A DNA stretch of 61,178 nt from Acidimicrobiales bacterium. Its GTDB lineage: Bacteria > Actinomycetota > Acidimicrobiia > Acidimicrobiales > SZUA-35. Positions 8,065-15,768 of the stretch are shown piece after piece. Location: NCBI GenBank assembly GCA_038212405.1, contig JBBQUN010000002.1, forward strand, positions 1 through 61,178, read 5' to 3'. Each line of letters starts with the position of its first letter. Position 1 is the first letter of the stretch. Both the position numbers and the translations under genes were made by a program. The notes below the pieces were generated by a model, which saw only the letters and a program-made list of their open reading frames with translations, had not been told where the DNA came from and searched no databases.

Positions 8065-8616
8065 CTAGATCGGGGTACAGACCGCTACGTCGTCGTCGTC
8101 GGTACAGATGACGGTGAATCGGAACTGCGAGCTGGCGTTGCCACTCGACTTCAGCACGGTCGGCACGCTGATCGACACCGTGCCACCGGCGGGGTTGATT
8201 ACGGTATTCGTGGCAATCACCGAGCCGGCGCCGTTCCCCCCGGCCCGCTGGTAAATGCGGAGAATACAGCTGGCGTTCACGAAGCCAGTGGTGACGGTGA
8301 TGGTCGAGACCCCGTCTGCGCAGATACCGGAGGTCGTGACACCGGTAAGCCCATTCAAGTTTGCCATCAGCTTGGTGATCGTTGTGGTTTCGCTTGCGCC
8401 GCTGCCACAACTTCCTCCCTGATTGCTGGGCTCCCATGTCGAGTCGAACGACTGCACGGTGCCACTGCACACAGCGGCGTAGGCCGGACTGGTTCCGAGG
8501 ATTCCGACCCCGGGACCTGCCCATGCTGCAACGCCGACACCGGTTGCAACACCGAGTTTGAGTATCGACCGGCGGTCGGTCTGCTTCGCGTTCGATGACT
8601 CTGTCATTTCGTCCAC
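8065..8616 (-). CDS. Tat-signal secreted protein with six Cys, unknown function
   Basis: The N-terminus has the twin-arginine motif TDRRSILKLGVATGVGVAAWA and a likely AYA cleavage site. The mature part of about 135 aa is Thr/Ser/Gly-rich and beta-like, with 6 Cys. I recognise no family motif. Confidence 0.6.
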   Translation of the reverse strand: MDEMTESSNAKQTDRRSILKLGVATGVGVAAWAGPGVGILGTSPAYAAVCSGTVQSFDSTWEPSNQGGSCGSGASETTTITKLMANLNGLTGVTTSGICADGVSTITVTTGFVNASCILRIYQRAGGNGAGSVIATNTVINPAGGTVSISVPTVLKSSGNASSQFRFTVICTDDDDVAVCTPI

Positions 8617-8706
8617 CCCAGATTCTCCCGCCAGGCACAGCCACCTAGAGTGGCAAAGCTACTGCAGGAACAGTGGGGATGCAACGATCGGCTAGCGTCA
8701 AGCACA

Positions 8707-8994
8707 ATGACTCATGAGTATCGGCGAGTTGCCTCGCCATTTCGAGCGATCGACTCGATGGTCCTCGTCTACAGCCCCTCGCAACAAGAGGTCGTGGTTC
8801 TCTCTGAACTCGCCGCAGCAGTGTGGCAGCTGCTCGAAGTACCGCGAAGCAGCGAGCAGCTTGTCGCAGCAATCGACGGCGGCGGCATCGCCGGCCCCAC
8901 TACGCAGAGCGTCGGGTTGGTGCTCAATACCATCAAGTCCCAAGTCGATGGCGCGTTGAGGAACCTTCGGAAGGTCGGACTTGTCCACCCGTGA
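8707..8994 (+). CDS. PqqD-family RRE protein, copy 3
   Basis: ATG 8707 lies inside ORF 8650..8994. Sequence: MTHEYRRVASPFRAIDSMVLVYSPSQQEVVVLSELAAAVWQLLEVPRSSEQLVAAID...ALRNLRKVGLV. Its 3' end overlaps the next gene by 14 nt. Confidence 0.65.
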   Translation: MTHEYRRVASPFRAIDSMVLVYSPSQQEVVVLSELAAAVWQLLEVPRSSEQLVAAIDGGGIAGPTTQSVGLVLNTIKSQVDGALRNLRKVGLVHP

Positions 8995-10060
8995 ACAGCT
9001 CTTCGCCCTGGCGGCTCGAGCGGCGGTAGGTCATGTTGACCTGCCGATCTCGATCGATGACGCTGCGATACCGGCAATCGTCGCGCTGGCAGGAAACGAG
9101 CGGTTGCTGCCGCTCGCCGCTCACGGGTTGCAGCACCTTCCCGACGAGTGGAAGCCCGACGGCTGGGACGAGCTCGTGTTTGCAACAGCTCGTGATGCGG
9201 TCCTCATCGAGGCGAGCATGCTCGAAGCGCACGGCCTCTTGAGCGCCGACGGCATTCGGGTCATGGCGATCAAAGGCATCGCCACTGCGCATCTCGACTA
9301 CGACGACCCTGGTCTGCGCCAGGTCGGCGACGGCGATATCCTCGTCCCGTACCAGCAGCATCTCGATGCCATCGACATCTTGAGCGGTGCCGGATGGATT
9401 GCGCCATCGGCAACGCTGCCGAGTCACCGCGACGCAGTGCACGCCGTTCCGATGCGAGGCCCACTCGGCCGAGACGTCGACGTTCACCAGCATCTCGCGC
9501 CACGAGCGCTCGGTGTGCTTCTGGATCAAGCCGATTTTTTCGCCCACGCAACGACCTTCGAGTTGGGCGACACCCGACTCGGGGCGCCATCGGTGGCCCA
9601 TCGCCTCCTCCACGCCGCCGTGCATTACGAGGCATCGCCGGGTCGTTACAAGCGACTCTCCGGGCTGGTCGATGTCCTCTTGATAGCCCACCGTCACGCG
9701 GTCAACTCAAGCGAACTATGTGCGACCGCCGACGAGTTGGGATTGAGGTTCCTCCTCGAGCGTGCTCTGCGGCGAGCGTCGGCACTCAGCGGGCTCGCCC
9801 TGCCCGCCGAATGGGTCGACGCATTTGCTCGTCCGTGCGCAAAGCCGGATCGGCTCCTCGTCGCCGCTTACAACGGCGAGACACGGCGACCGGTACTTGA
9901 AGAACTGGCGTACATACGACTCGCCGGCGGTCCGGTCGACAAGGTCCGTTACCTCTCGGGCTACTTTCGAACCGATGCCGCCTACCGGGAACGATTCCAG
10001 CGAGGCGGGCTGTGGTCACAAGCTCGCTACCTGGCTTCTCGTGTGCGATCACGGTCTTGA
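8981..10060 (+). CDS. Nucleotidyltransferase family protein (NTP_transf_5-like), copy 2
   Basis: 359 aa with a TTG start. Signature VMAIKGIATAHLDYDDPGLRQVGDGDILVPYQQHLDAIDIL. Confidence 0.75.
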   Translation: MSTREQLFALAARAAVGHVDLPISIDDAAIPAIVALAGNERLLPLAAHGLQHLPDEWKPDGWDELVFATARDAVLIEASMLEAHGLLSADGIRVMAIKGIATAHLDYDDPGLRQVGDGDILVPYQQHLDAIDILSGAGWIAPSATLPSHRDAVHAVPMRGPLGRDVDVHQHLAPRALGVLLDQADFFAHATTFELGDTRLGAPSVAHRLLHAAVHYEASPGRYKRLSGLVDVLLIAHRHAVNSSELCATADELGLRFLLERALRRASALSGLALPAEWVDAFARPCAKPDRLLVAAYNGETRRPVLEELAYIRLAGGPVDKVRYLSGYFRTDAAYRERFQRGGLWSQARYLASRVRSRS

Positions 10061-10717
10061 ACCCGAGTTCGGGCGGAGCGCACCGTAGAGGTCCGGACCG
10101 AACTCGACCAGCGGTTCGAGCAGTGTCGCTGCGTCGATGCGGTGCTGGTGATCGCCATTGCTGATGCGCCTGGCGATGAGCCATATCCGTTGAGCCAGCG
10201 ATGCCGGGGCAGACAAAGGCACACCGGTGAGCAGCACGATCCTCGTCAACTCCAGATCGAGTCGGTGGAGTCTCATGTTCGGGTCGATGTCGAGCACGGT
10301 CGTCGGAAGCAACGCTGCACCCAACGAGGCCAGTCGACGCTCCGACGCCACGAAGTCCGATCCCACGGGCTCGAACCCCACGGCTCGATCACGCCACCGA
10401 ACCGAGCGCATCGCCAGCCTCGCATCAGGAGGTTGCGGCGGATCGGCGAGAACGTGCTCGACCAGCGATGCGAGCGTCATCCCGGCAGCAACGGCGTCTC
10501 GTTCCCTGGCTACCACGCGCCCGCGCCAGTCGAGGATCAAGAGCATCGCTGAGCGGCCGGATCCCGATCGCTGTACCGCGAAGGCGGTGAAGGCATCGTC
10601 ATCGATTCGTGGCGTCGCCTGCCCCTCGAGCCATATGGGTGCAGCCGTGTCGAACACTGCCGGATCCTCCGACACGACCTTGAGCGAGCCATTGGCGAGC
10701 TCGATTCGTTGCTGCAT
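10049..10717 (-). CDS. Hypothetical protein (last gene of the HprK2-PqqD4 operon)
   Basis: 222-aa ORF with good third-position bias and no recognisable motif. It starts 27 nt downstream of PqqD copy 4. Its 3' end overlaps converging nucleotidyltransferase 2 by 12 nt. Confidence 0.45.
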   Translation of the reverse strand: MQQRIELANGSLKVVSEDPAVFDTAAPIWLEGQATPRIDDDAFTAFAVQRSGSGRSAMLLILDWRGRVVARERDAVAAGMTLASLVEHVLADPPQPPDARLAMRSVRWRDRAVGFEPVGSDFVASERRLASLGAALLPTTVLDIDPNMRLHRLDLELTRIVLLTGVPLSAPASLAQRIWLIARRISNGDHQHRIDAATLLEPLVEFGPDLYGALRPNSGSRP

Positions 10718-10744
10718 GGACCCGACCGGGCCCTTCGCCAGCAG

Positions 10745-11095
10745 TCAAGGACTCGGCGGGTCGAAGAACGTCGGGTTGTCGGGCCACGCCCCTTCGATCG
10801 TTTCAGCGTCGGCGAGCAGACCTTCGAGACGGAGGAGTTGCTCCACACGAAGAACCTCGCCGATCGCCACATCTCTCATCACTCCTACCTCGGCGACGAC
10901 ATCGTTGACGAGGTCGCCCATTTGTCCTTCGCCGTCGAAGCAACGGGCGAGGATGGATGCGACAGGATCGAGAAGGACGGGCGCCGGTCGATTCGACGCC
11001 CACGCGATCGACTCGGTGTCGAACGCGCGCACCAGCACGTCCGTTGCCAACGTTGGAACAGCTCGATCCTCGAAGTTCGGTTTTCGGCGGTTCAT
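10745..11095 (-). CDS. PqqD-family RRE protein, copy 4
   Basis: 116 aa. Sequence ..VLLDPVASILARCFDGEGQMGDLVNDVAEVGVMRDVAIGEVLRVEQLLRLEGLL.. fits the PqqD pattern. It has an ATGA start/stop overlap with the upstream kinase gene (11092-11095). Confidence 0.6.
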   Translation of the reverse strand: MNRRKPNFEDRAVPTLATDVLVRAFDTESIAWASNRPAPVLLDPVASILARCFDGEGQMGDLVNDVVAEVGVMRDVAIGEVLRVEQLLRLEGLLADAETIEGAWPDNPTFFDPPSP

Positions 11096-12261
11096 CCTGT
11101 GCGCAATCCCTTCTGCTCGAGTTCGACGAGGAGTCGCTCTGTCCGTTCATCGGCCCCGCCGTCGCAGAACCTGACCCAATCACGTGTATGTTCCGCGTCG
11201 AGCGCAACGAACTGCATCGACGAGTCGATGAGGAGACTCGCCCCATCGATCTCGAGCATCGAGACACCCGCAGTTCGGCCGGTGGTCGAGGCCGCTCGCC
11301 ATTGGAGGGCTCCCGGGCGTCTCGGGCCAGACAGGTGGATCTCGAGCGCTTTCTCCACCGATTCGAGTGCACCTGAGCGAAGACGGATTGCGGTAGCCGC
11401 AGCCAAGAGACGACCGAGTGACAGCACACCGCCGAGGCCGGCGCGCTCAGCGTCCATCACGTGGTCCCGCATCACCTCGACCAACGCATCGATTGGGTGC
11501 GCGATCGACAGCTCCAAAGAATCAACACTGCCGGGCCCCGGTTGGAGTAGCACGATCAGCCCAACCGGGTGGTCATCGGCGCTGACGCGTCCCAGTGCAG
11601 AAGCTCGAACGAGTCGGCCCGCCCCGTGCTGTCGGATGGGAAGACCGTGATCGGCAAGTGTCGGCAGCAGATCGAGGGTGCCGGAGCGAAGGGCGACGGG
11701 TTTCGGGTAGGTCGAGATCTGCGGACTGTCCGAATCGATCGCCACCATCTCGTCCGACAGATAGCACCAGCCGGACTGGAGAAGGTGAGCGGACAGCGTC
11801 GACTTTCCCGTGCGCCGCTTGCCGAGCACCAGAGCGGCGGCGCCGCCACGAGCAAGCGCGGCGGCGTGAAGATGCATTCGCCCCTCATCAGATGCCAAGG
11901 AAAGGCGATTCACCTCTCGCGCAACAGCCCAGAGCGCGTCGGCAATCGAATCGACTTGACGCCAACACCCGTCGAACAAATCGACCATGACGGCCGAGTC
12001 GGCGACGTCGATCGTGGCCGTCGCCAACGGTTGCCGACTCATTGTGTCGGGGTGGCTCACGAGGTCACCGAATACGGCGATCGCCACCTCGACCACCGCT
12101 TGGTCGTTCGACGCAATCTCGAAGACGAACGCGGTCGACGCAAATGCCGGTGTGCGGCTCGGCCGGCTGTCAGGGGGCCTCATGGACCCAGCAATCGCTC
12201 GCAATAGTGTGCGACCATCGATGTCCCTGGCCGGTAGGTCCGAGCCCGGTCGCACGCACAA
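11092..12261 (-). CDS. HPr-kinase-like putative peptide kinase, copy 2 (long form)
   Basis: 389 aa. Motif pattern: LHAAALARGGAAALVLGKRRTGKSTLSAHLLQSGWCYLSDEMVAID (P-loop plus acidic pair). Confidence 0.75.
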   Translation of the reverse strand: MCVRPGSDLPARDIDGRTLLRAIAGSMRPPDSRPSRTPAFASTAFVFEIASNDQAVVEVAIAVFGDLVSHPDTMSRQPLATATIDVADSAVMVDLFDGCWRQVDSIADALWAVAREVNRLSLASDEGRMHLHAAALARGGAAALVLGKRRTGKSTLSAHLLQSGWCYLSDEMVAIDSDSPQISTYPKPVALRSGTLDLLPTLADHGLPIRQHGAGRLVRASALGRVSADDHPVGLIVLLQPGPGSVDSLELSIAHPIDALVEVMRDHVMDAERAGLGGVLSLGRLLAAATAIRLRSGALESVEKALEIHLSGPRRPGALQWRAASTTGRTAGVSMLEIDGASLLIDSSMQFVALDAEHTRDWVRFCDGGADERTERLLVELEQKGLRTG

Positions 12262-12268
12262 TCACCCG

Positions 12269-12871
12269 TCACAGCCGTCGACGAGACGCCATGAGTCCAC
12301 CGTACGTCCCAACCTCGGGGTACTCCATACCCGTATCCATACCCGTATCCCCTCTGGCGTCGAAGCGAAGACCCTCACCGCAGGCGTCGACCTTGCTGCG
12401 CTCGGATCGCGAGGCCGGCCCGCCTTCGGTCAAATCGATCACGTCGGGGAGGTGAACCATGGTCGAGCGGGTTCCTGCGCGATGAGTCGGCACCGTTGAT
12501 ATCCAGCCACTGCGGCCGGCGGGTCGGAGGGAGACCGACCCGATAGCCAGATCGAACACCAACAATGGCAGGAGTCGACGGGGAAACTGGAGCGGCACAC
12601 CACGTGTCGGTGTTCGTCCGAGCCACCCGATTCGATGGTCGCCGAGGGCGGGTTGCGTGGCAGCAATGCGGTGATAGCGGCCGATAGCCCTCAGGATGAT
12701 CACGATCGGCACAAGTAGCCAACCGGCGACGATGAGGCCGGCGGCGGCCACGGCAGCGTCGAAGACCGTCCAGAACGGCTTCGGTCGAGAGGGTGGAGTC
12801 TCCGCATGGGCGCGCAGCGTTATGACGACGCGGTCAGATACCTTTTGGGCTTGGTCTGGGCTCGGTTGCAC
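12269..12871 (-). CDS. Hypothetical membrane-anchored protein
   Basis: 200 aa with one clear hydrophobic helix (AAVAAAGLIVAGWLLVPIVIIL). It lies 7 nt upstream of kinase copy 2. It contains an in-frame 12-bp perfect tandem duplication (12326-12349, encoding DTGMDTGM). Confidence 0.45.
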   Translation of the reverse strand: MQPSPDQAQKVSDRVVITLRAHAETPPSRPKPFWTVFDAAVAAAGLIVAGWLLVPIVIILRAIGRYHRIAATQPALGDHRIGWLGRTPTRGVPLQFPRRLLPLLVFDLAIGSVSLRPAGRSGWISTVPTHRAGTRSTMVHLPDVIDLTEGGPASRSERSKVDACGEGLRFDARGDTGMDTGMEYPEVGTYGGLMASRRRL

Positions 12872-13063
12872 AACGCCTCTCCTCCGTTCCGCAAGCTAGC
12901 AAAGCCTCCCAGATATCGTGCGGATCGCATCGTGGTGGCACGGGCCTGCACGAGTGTTTCATTCAGCGACAACGACCAGAGGGCTCACAAGACAAACGAG
13001 CCCGCTCACGATCTGTCAGCGTCGACGCAATGTCTGGGATTTGGAGAATGAAGCACTCAACGC

Positions 13064-13092
13064 TTGATTGCGACCACGGAGCGTAGTACGGT
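13064..13092 (+). promoter_or_regulatory. Candidate sigma-70-type promoter for precursor A2
   Basis: TTGATT (13064-13069), a 17-nt spacer, then TACGGT (13087-13092, fits TANNNT). It sits about 30 nt upstream of the GGAGGG RBS and ATG 13124, in a comparatively A/T-rich intergenic region. Confidence 0.3.
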
Positions 13093-13123
13093 GCGTCAAA
13101 CCCAGAGCGGGAAGTTGGAGGGT

Positions 13124-13279
13124 ATGTCTATGAACTACGAATCACCATCAATCCGTGAGCTCGGCCGAATCGCCGAACTCACGCTTGGCCAAAACGGAAC
13201 ATCACTCGACGGCAATCGGTCGTACACGCAAACGGGTGGCGGCAACAATGAGGACGATCCGACGGACGACACGCCCTGA
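13124..13279 (+). CDS. Lasso-peptide precursor A2 (51 aa)
   Basis: ATG 13124 sits 3 nt after GGAGGG; the track shows a longer TTG-started 71-aa version. Translation: MSMNYESPSIRELGRIAELTL / GQNGTSLDGNRSYTQTGGGNNEDDPTDDTP. The leader fits YxxPxIxxxGxxxxxTx with the same spacing as A1. Core Gly1..Asp8 allows an 8-residue macrolactam. Confidence 0.8.
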   Translation: MSMNYESPSIRELGRIAELTLGQNGTSLDGNRSYTQTGGGNNEDDPTDDTP

Positions 13280-13287
13280 TCGCCGTC

Positions 13288-14982
13288 TCATGTGGCTCTG
13301 AGCCAACGATCGATCGAGACTAGCGAAGATGCCGGGATCACTGATCCCGGCATCTTCGCTTTTGCCGCATCGACGAGTCGATCCACCGCCTCGCCATCGA
13401 CCTCAGCAAGCTCGCGTACCGGGCCGTGTCGCGCCAACTCCAGCGTCCCCCCGGGCAGAGAAGCCCACGCCGTCGCCGAAAACTCGGCCTTCGTGGTGCG
13501 ATTACGGACGTTCTCGGGCAGCCGAGGACCAAAGGCAACGCGTTGGAGTGAGCGATCGGCGCCACACCTCCTCGGCCAGCCGGGAGGGAGACCGTAGGTC
13601 GCTTCGATGAGATCGATATCGAAGAAGGGGTGCGTGAGTCTGATGTCGAGGGGATCGGTGACGACGGCGAGGTCCTCCAATAGCCGAGTGATCCACCCAT
13701 CTCGAAGCATCTCGGACCGCCGGTCGATCGCGGGGTCACTCGTGTCACGGACCGCCGGACCGATCACCCGGCGCTCGATGCCGAGGTCTCGGCGGTACGC
13801 CGGCTCGAGCAGCGACAAGCCGAACGACGCGCTTCGTCGGCGCCACGCCAGCTCGGCGACCACCGGTCGTACCAGCAGGGGCCAGGTGGCTCGAGGGTGA
13901 GCGGTGATCCACCGGCCAAGCCGAGCGAGTTCCGCACGGTCGCCGGTACGAAGGGCGGAGAGAACTCGAGGGCCGACGAGTTGTGCGCCGAACGCATCGT
14001 CACCCCCCAAACCCGTGACCACCGTGGTGGCGCCCTGTTCTCGAAAACCGGAATGCAGCGATCGAGCCATCAAGCCGTTCGGTGGTGGAGGCGGTACTCG
14101 CCACTCAGCTACGAAAACATCGAGCCACGCCGGGCCGGCGAGAAACGGCGGAGCGTCGAGCAGCGGAAGGCCAAGGTGTCGGGCGACGGCATCGGAGTAC
14201 TTCCGCTCGTCCGCACGTTCGTCGTCGAAGACGATCCGGCCCAGGATCATGGCATCGGTCATCGAACTCGCGGTTGCCGCGACACTCGACGAGTCGAGTC
14301 CGCCGCTCACCTCGAATGCGGTCGTCTCGCCGATCGCCAGCCGCATGCGCACGGCGTCGTCGAGCAGGGAGCGGACTTCCTCGATGGCCTTCTCCCAGGA
14401 GATCGATCGTCGCTGGATCCGGGGTCGACGGGTTGCGCGGACCGATGGGATCGCGCTGCTGGGGACGGTGAGGGCGGTGCCCGGCAAGAGCCGCGTCACA
14501 CCGAGGTGGACGGTTCGGTCCTCGTGGCCGAGCGGGCCGGCCAGCATCTCGGCGATCGTGTGATGATCGGGACGTCGATCCACCCACGAGTTGGCGAGGA
14601 TGTCTCGTTGGAGGGGACTGGCGACCATTCGACCGCTGCCGGCAGCGAAGAAGCAGGGGCGAGCGCCGATCGGGTCTCGGGCAATCGTGATCGTCTCGGC
14701 GCGCCGGTCGGCGACGATCAGAACGAAGTCGCCCTTGATCGACTCGAGCCACGCACGTCGCCCGCAGACGCTCGACACCCAGGTGGCGTCGTCCGACGCA
14801 GCACCCGTCCGATGGATCGAACCGTCGACCAGAACCCATCGCTCGTCGTCCGCCGCAACATGAATCCATTTCGATGTCGAACGCCACGCAATGGTGGCCC
14901 AGCCGAGATCGATCGTTTCGTCGAGCCCGTCGGGAATGCGGTGCGTCCGGTCAGGTCCGACCTGGACGTACCAATCGCTCAT
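13288..14982 (-). CDS. Lasso-peptide cyclase (asparagine synthetase B-like, lasso C)
   Basis: Start MSDWYVQVGPD at 14982, an ATGA overlap with the B2 stop. The PP-loop motif is FEVSGGLDSSSVAA. The N-terminal glutaminase-like domain lacks the N-terminal Cys, as in lasso cyclases. This is the only such gene in the window. Confidence 0.85.
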   Translation of the reverse strand: MSDWYVQVGPDRTHRIPDGLDETIDLGWATIAWRSTSKWIHVAADDERWVLVDGSIHRTGAASDDATWVSSVCGRRAWLESIKGDFVLIVADRRAETITIARDPIGARPCFFAAGSGRMVASPLQRDILANSWVDRRPDHHTIAEMLAGPLGHEDRTVHLGVTRLLPGTALTVPSSAIPSVRATRRPRIQRRSISWEKAIEEVRSLLDDAVRMRLAIGETTAFEVSGGLDSSSVAATASSMTDAMILGRIVFDDERADERKYSDAVARHLGLPLLDAPPFLAGPAWLDVFVAEWRVPPPPPNGLMARSLHSGFREQGATTVVTGLGGDDAFGAQLVGPRVLSALRTGDRAELARLGRWITAHPRATWPLLVRPVVAELAWRRRSASFGLSLLEPAYRRDLGIERRVIGPAVRDTSDPAIDRRSEMLRDGWITRLLEDLAVVTDPLDIRLTHPFFDIDLIEATYGLPPGWPRRCGADRSLQRVAFGPRLPENVRNRTTKAEFSATAWASLPGGTLELARHGPVRELAEVDGEAVDRLVDAAKAKMPGSVIPASSLVSIDRWLRAT

Positions 14983-15440
14983 CGCAGATCCGATGGCAAC
15001 GTACCCAGGTCGGCGCCCGTCGCAATCACCGTGTAGCTGCCAACTGCTTCCGGATCGTCGTTGACCACGGTCGTACCGATCTGGACCCATGCGTGGGCTT
15101 CGACGCTGCCGGAAGTGTTTCGAACTCCGATGACCAGCTCGGCAGCGCTGCCGTGGCGTTCCAATTCGCGCAGTAGCGTCACGGAACGTCGCAGACAGGT
15201 CGGGTGCAGCGGCAGCAACGCGAACGCGCCGTCAATCCGCTCGGCCAGCTCGACGCCCTTGGCGGTCGTGCCGGGCGGCAGGGTCTCGTCGAGCTTCTCG
15301 AGGATCGGGCGCAGGCCTCCGCGCCGTAGCTCGAGCGACGTGCGGCCGGCCCTCCACGCCAACCGGAGCGTCTGCCGGTCGACGAAGGCTGCTGCGATCA
15401 GCGCCCGGAGAGTGGCAGGCAGCCCTGCCTCAGCTCCCAA
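14979..15440 (-). CDS. Lasso-peptide B2 leader peptidase (transglutaminase-like), copy 2
   Basis: 153 aa. Signature PTCLRRSVTLLRELERHG...GSVEAHAWVQIGTTVVND (Cys/His). Confidence 0.85.
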   Translation of the reverse strand: MGAEAGLPATLRALIAAAFVDRQTLRLAWRAGRTSLELRRGGLRPILEKLDETLPPGTTAKGVELAERIDGAFALLPLHPTCLRRSVTLLRELERHGSAAELVIGVRNTSGSVEAHAWVQIGTTVVNDDPEAVGSYTVIATGADLGTLPSDLR

Positions 15441-15690
15441 TCGCGAGTCCTCTCGCCAGTAACTCGGCGACGAGTTTGTCGAAGTCGGCGGCGAGGCGTT
15501 CCGGGTCGACGTCGGGAAAGCGCCCGGTGATGGTCGCGAGCGCTGTTTGACGATCGACGTGGGTCGTTCCGACTTCCCACATGAAGGCCGCAGTCGAGTT
15601 CAGTTCGAGATACATCTCGTTGTTGGAATCGAGTACGACCATCTCGTTGTTCACTCGCCGGGCAAAAACGCCTCTCGGTGCCGAAATCAT
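15430..15690 (-). CDS. PqqD-family RRE protein, copy 5 (lasso B1 of the C/B2 operon)
   Basis: Sequence: MISAPRGVFARRVNNEMVVLDSNNEMYLELNSTAAFMWEVGTTHVDRQTALATITGRFPDVDPERLAADFDKLVAELLARGLAI. ATG 15690 lies 8 nt after GGAGGGA; the maximal ORF reaches 15729. It overlaps the B2 start by 11 nt. Confidence 0.75.
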   Translation of the reverse strand: MISAPRGVFARRVNNEMVVLDSNNEMYLELNSTAAFMWEVGTTHVDRQTALATITGRFPDVDPERLAADFDKLVAELLARGLAIGS

Positions 15691-15768
15691 CGTTGTTCCC
15701 TCCATGTCTCCACCCGTCGGCCGTTTCACCCATCCATCAAGGAGTCACATGCCAGTATTCTCCGCCCT

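Noticed and set aside
12269-12871. Idea that the 200-aa membrane protein is a degenerate phosphoglycosyl transferase, mirroring the PGT upstream of NTase3/HprK3
   Set aside because: There are only faint resemblances: a hydrophobic helix after K-P-F-W, IGWLGRT versus IGRLMRAT, and SVSLRPAG versus MSLVGPRP. The KFRTM and DE-LPQ catalytic motifs are absent, and an alternative frame gives equally weak matches. This is not supportable without a profile search.
13064-13123. TTG-started 71-aa version of precursor A2 given in the ORF track
   Set aside because: The extra 20 residues precede a strong GGAGGG RBS placed correctly for ATG 13124. They also overlap the candidate promoter, and lasso leaders do not need them.
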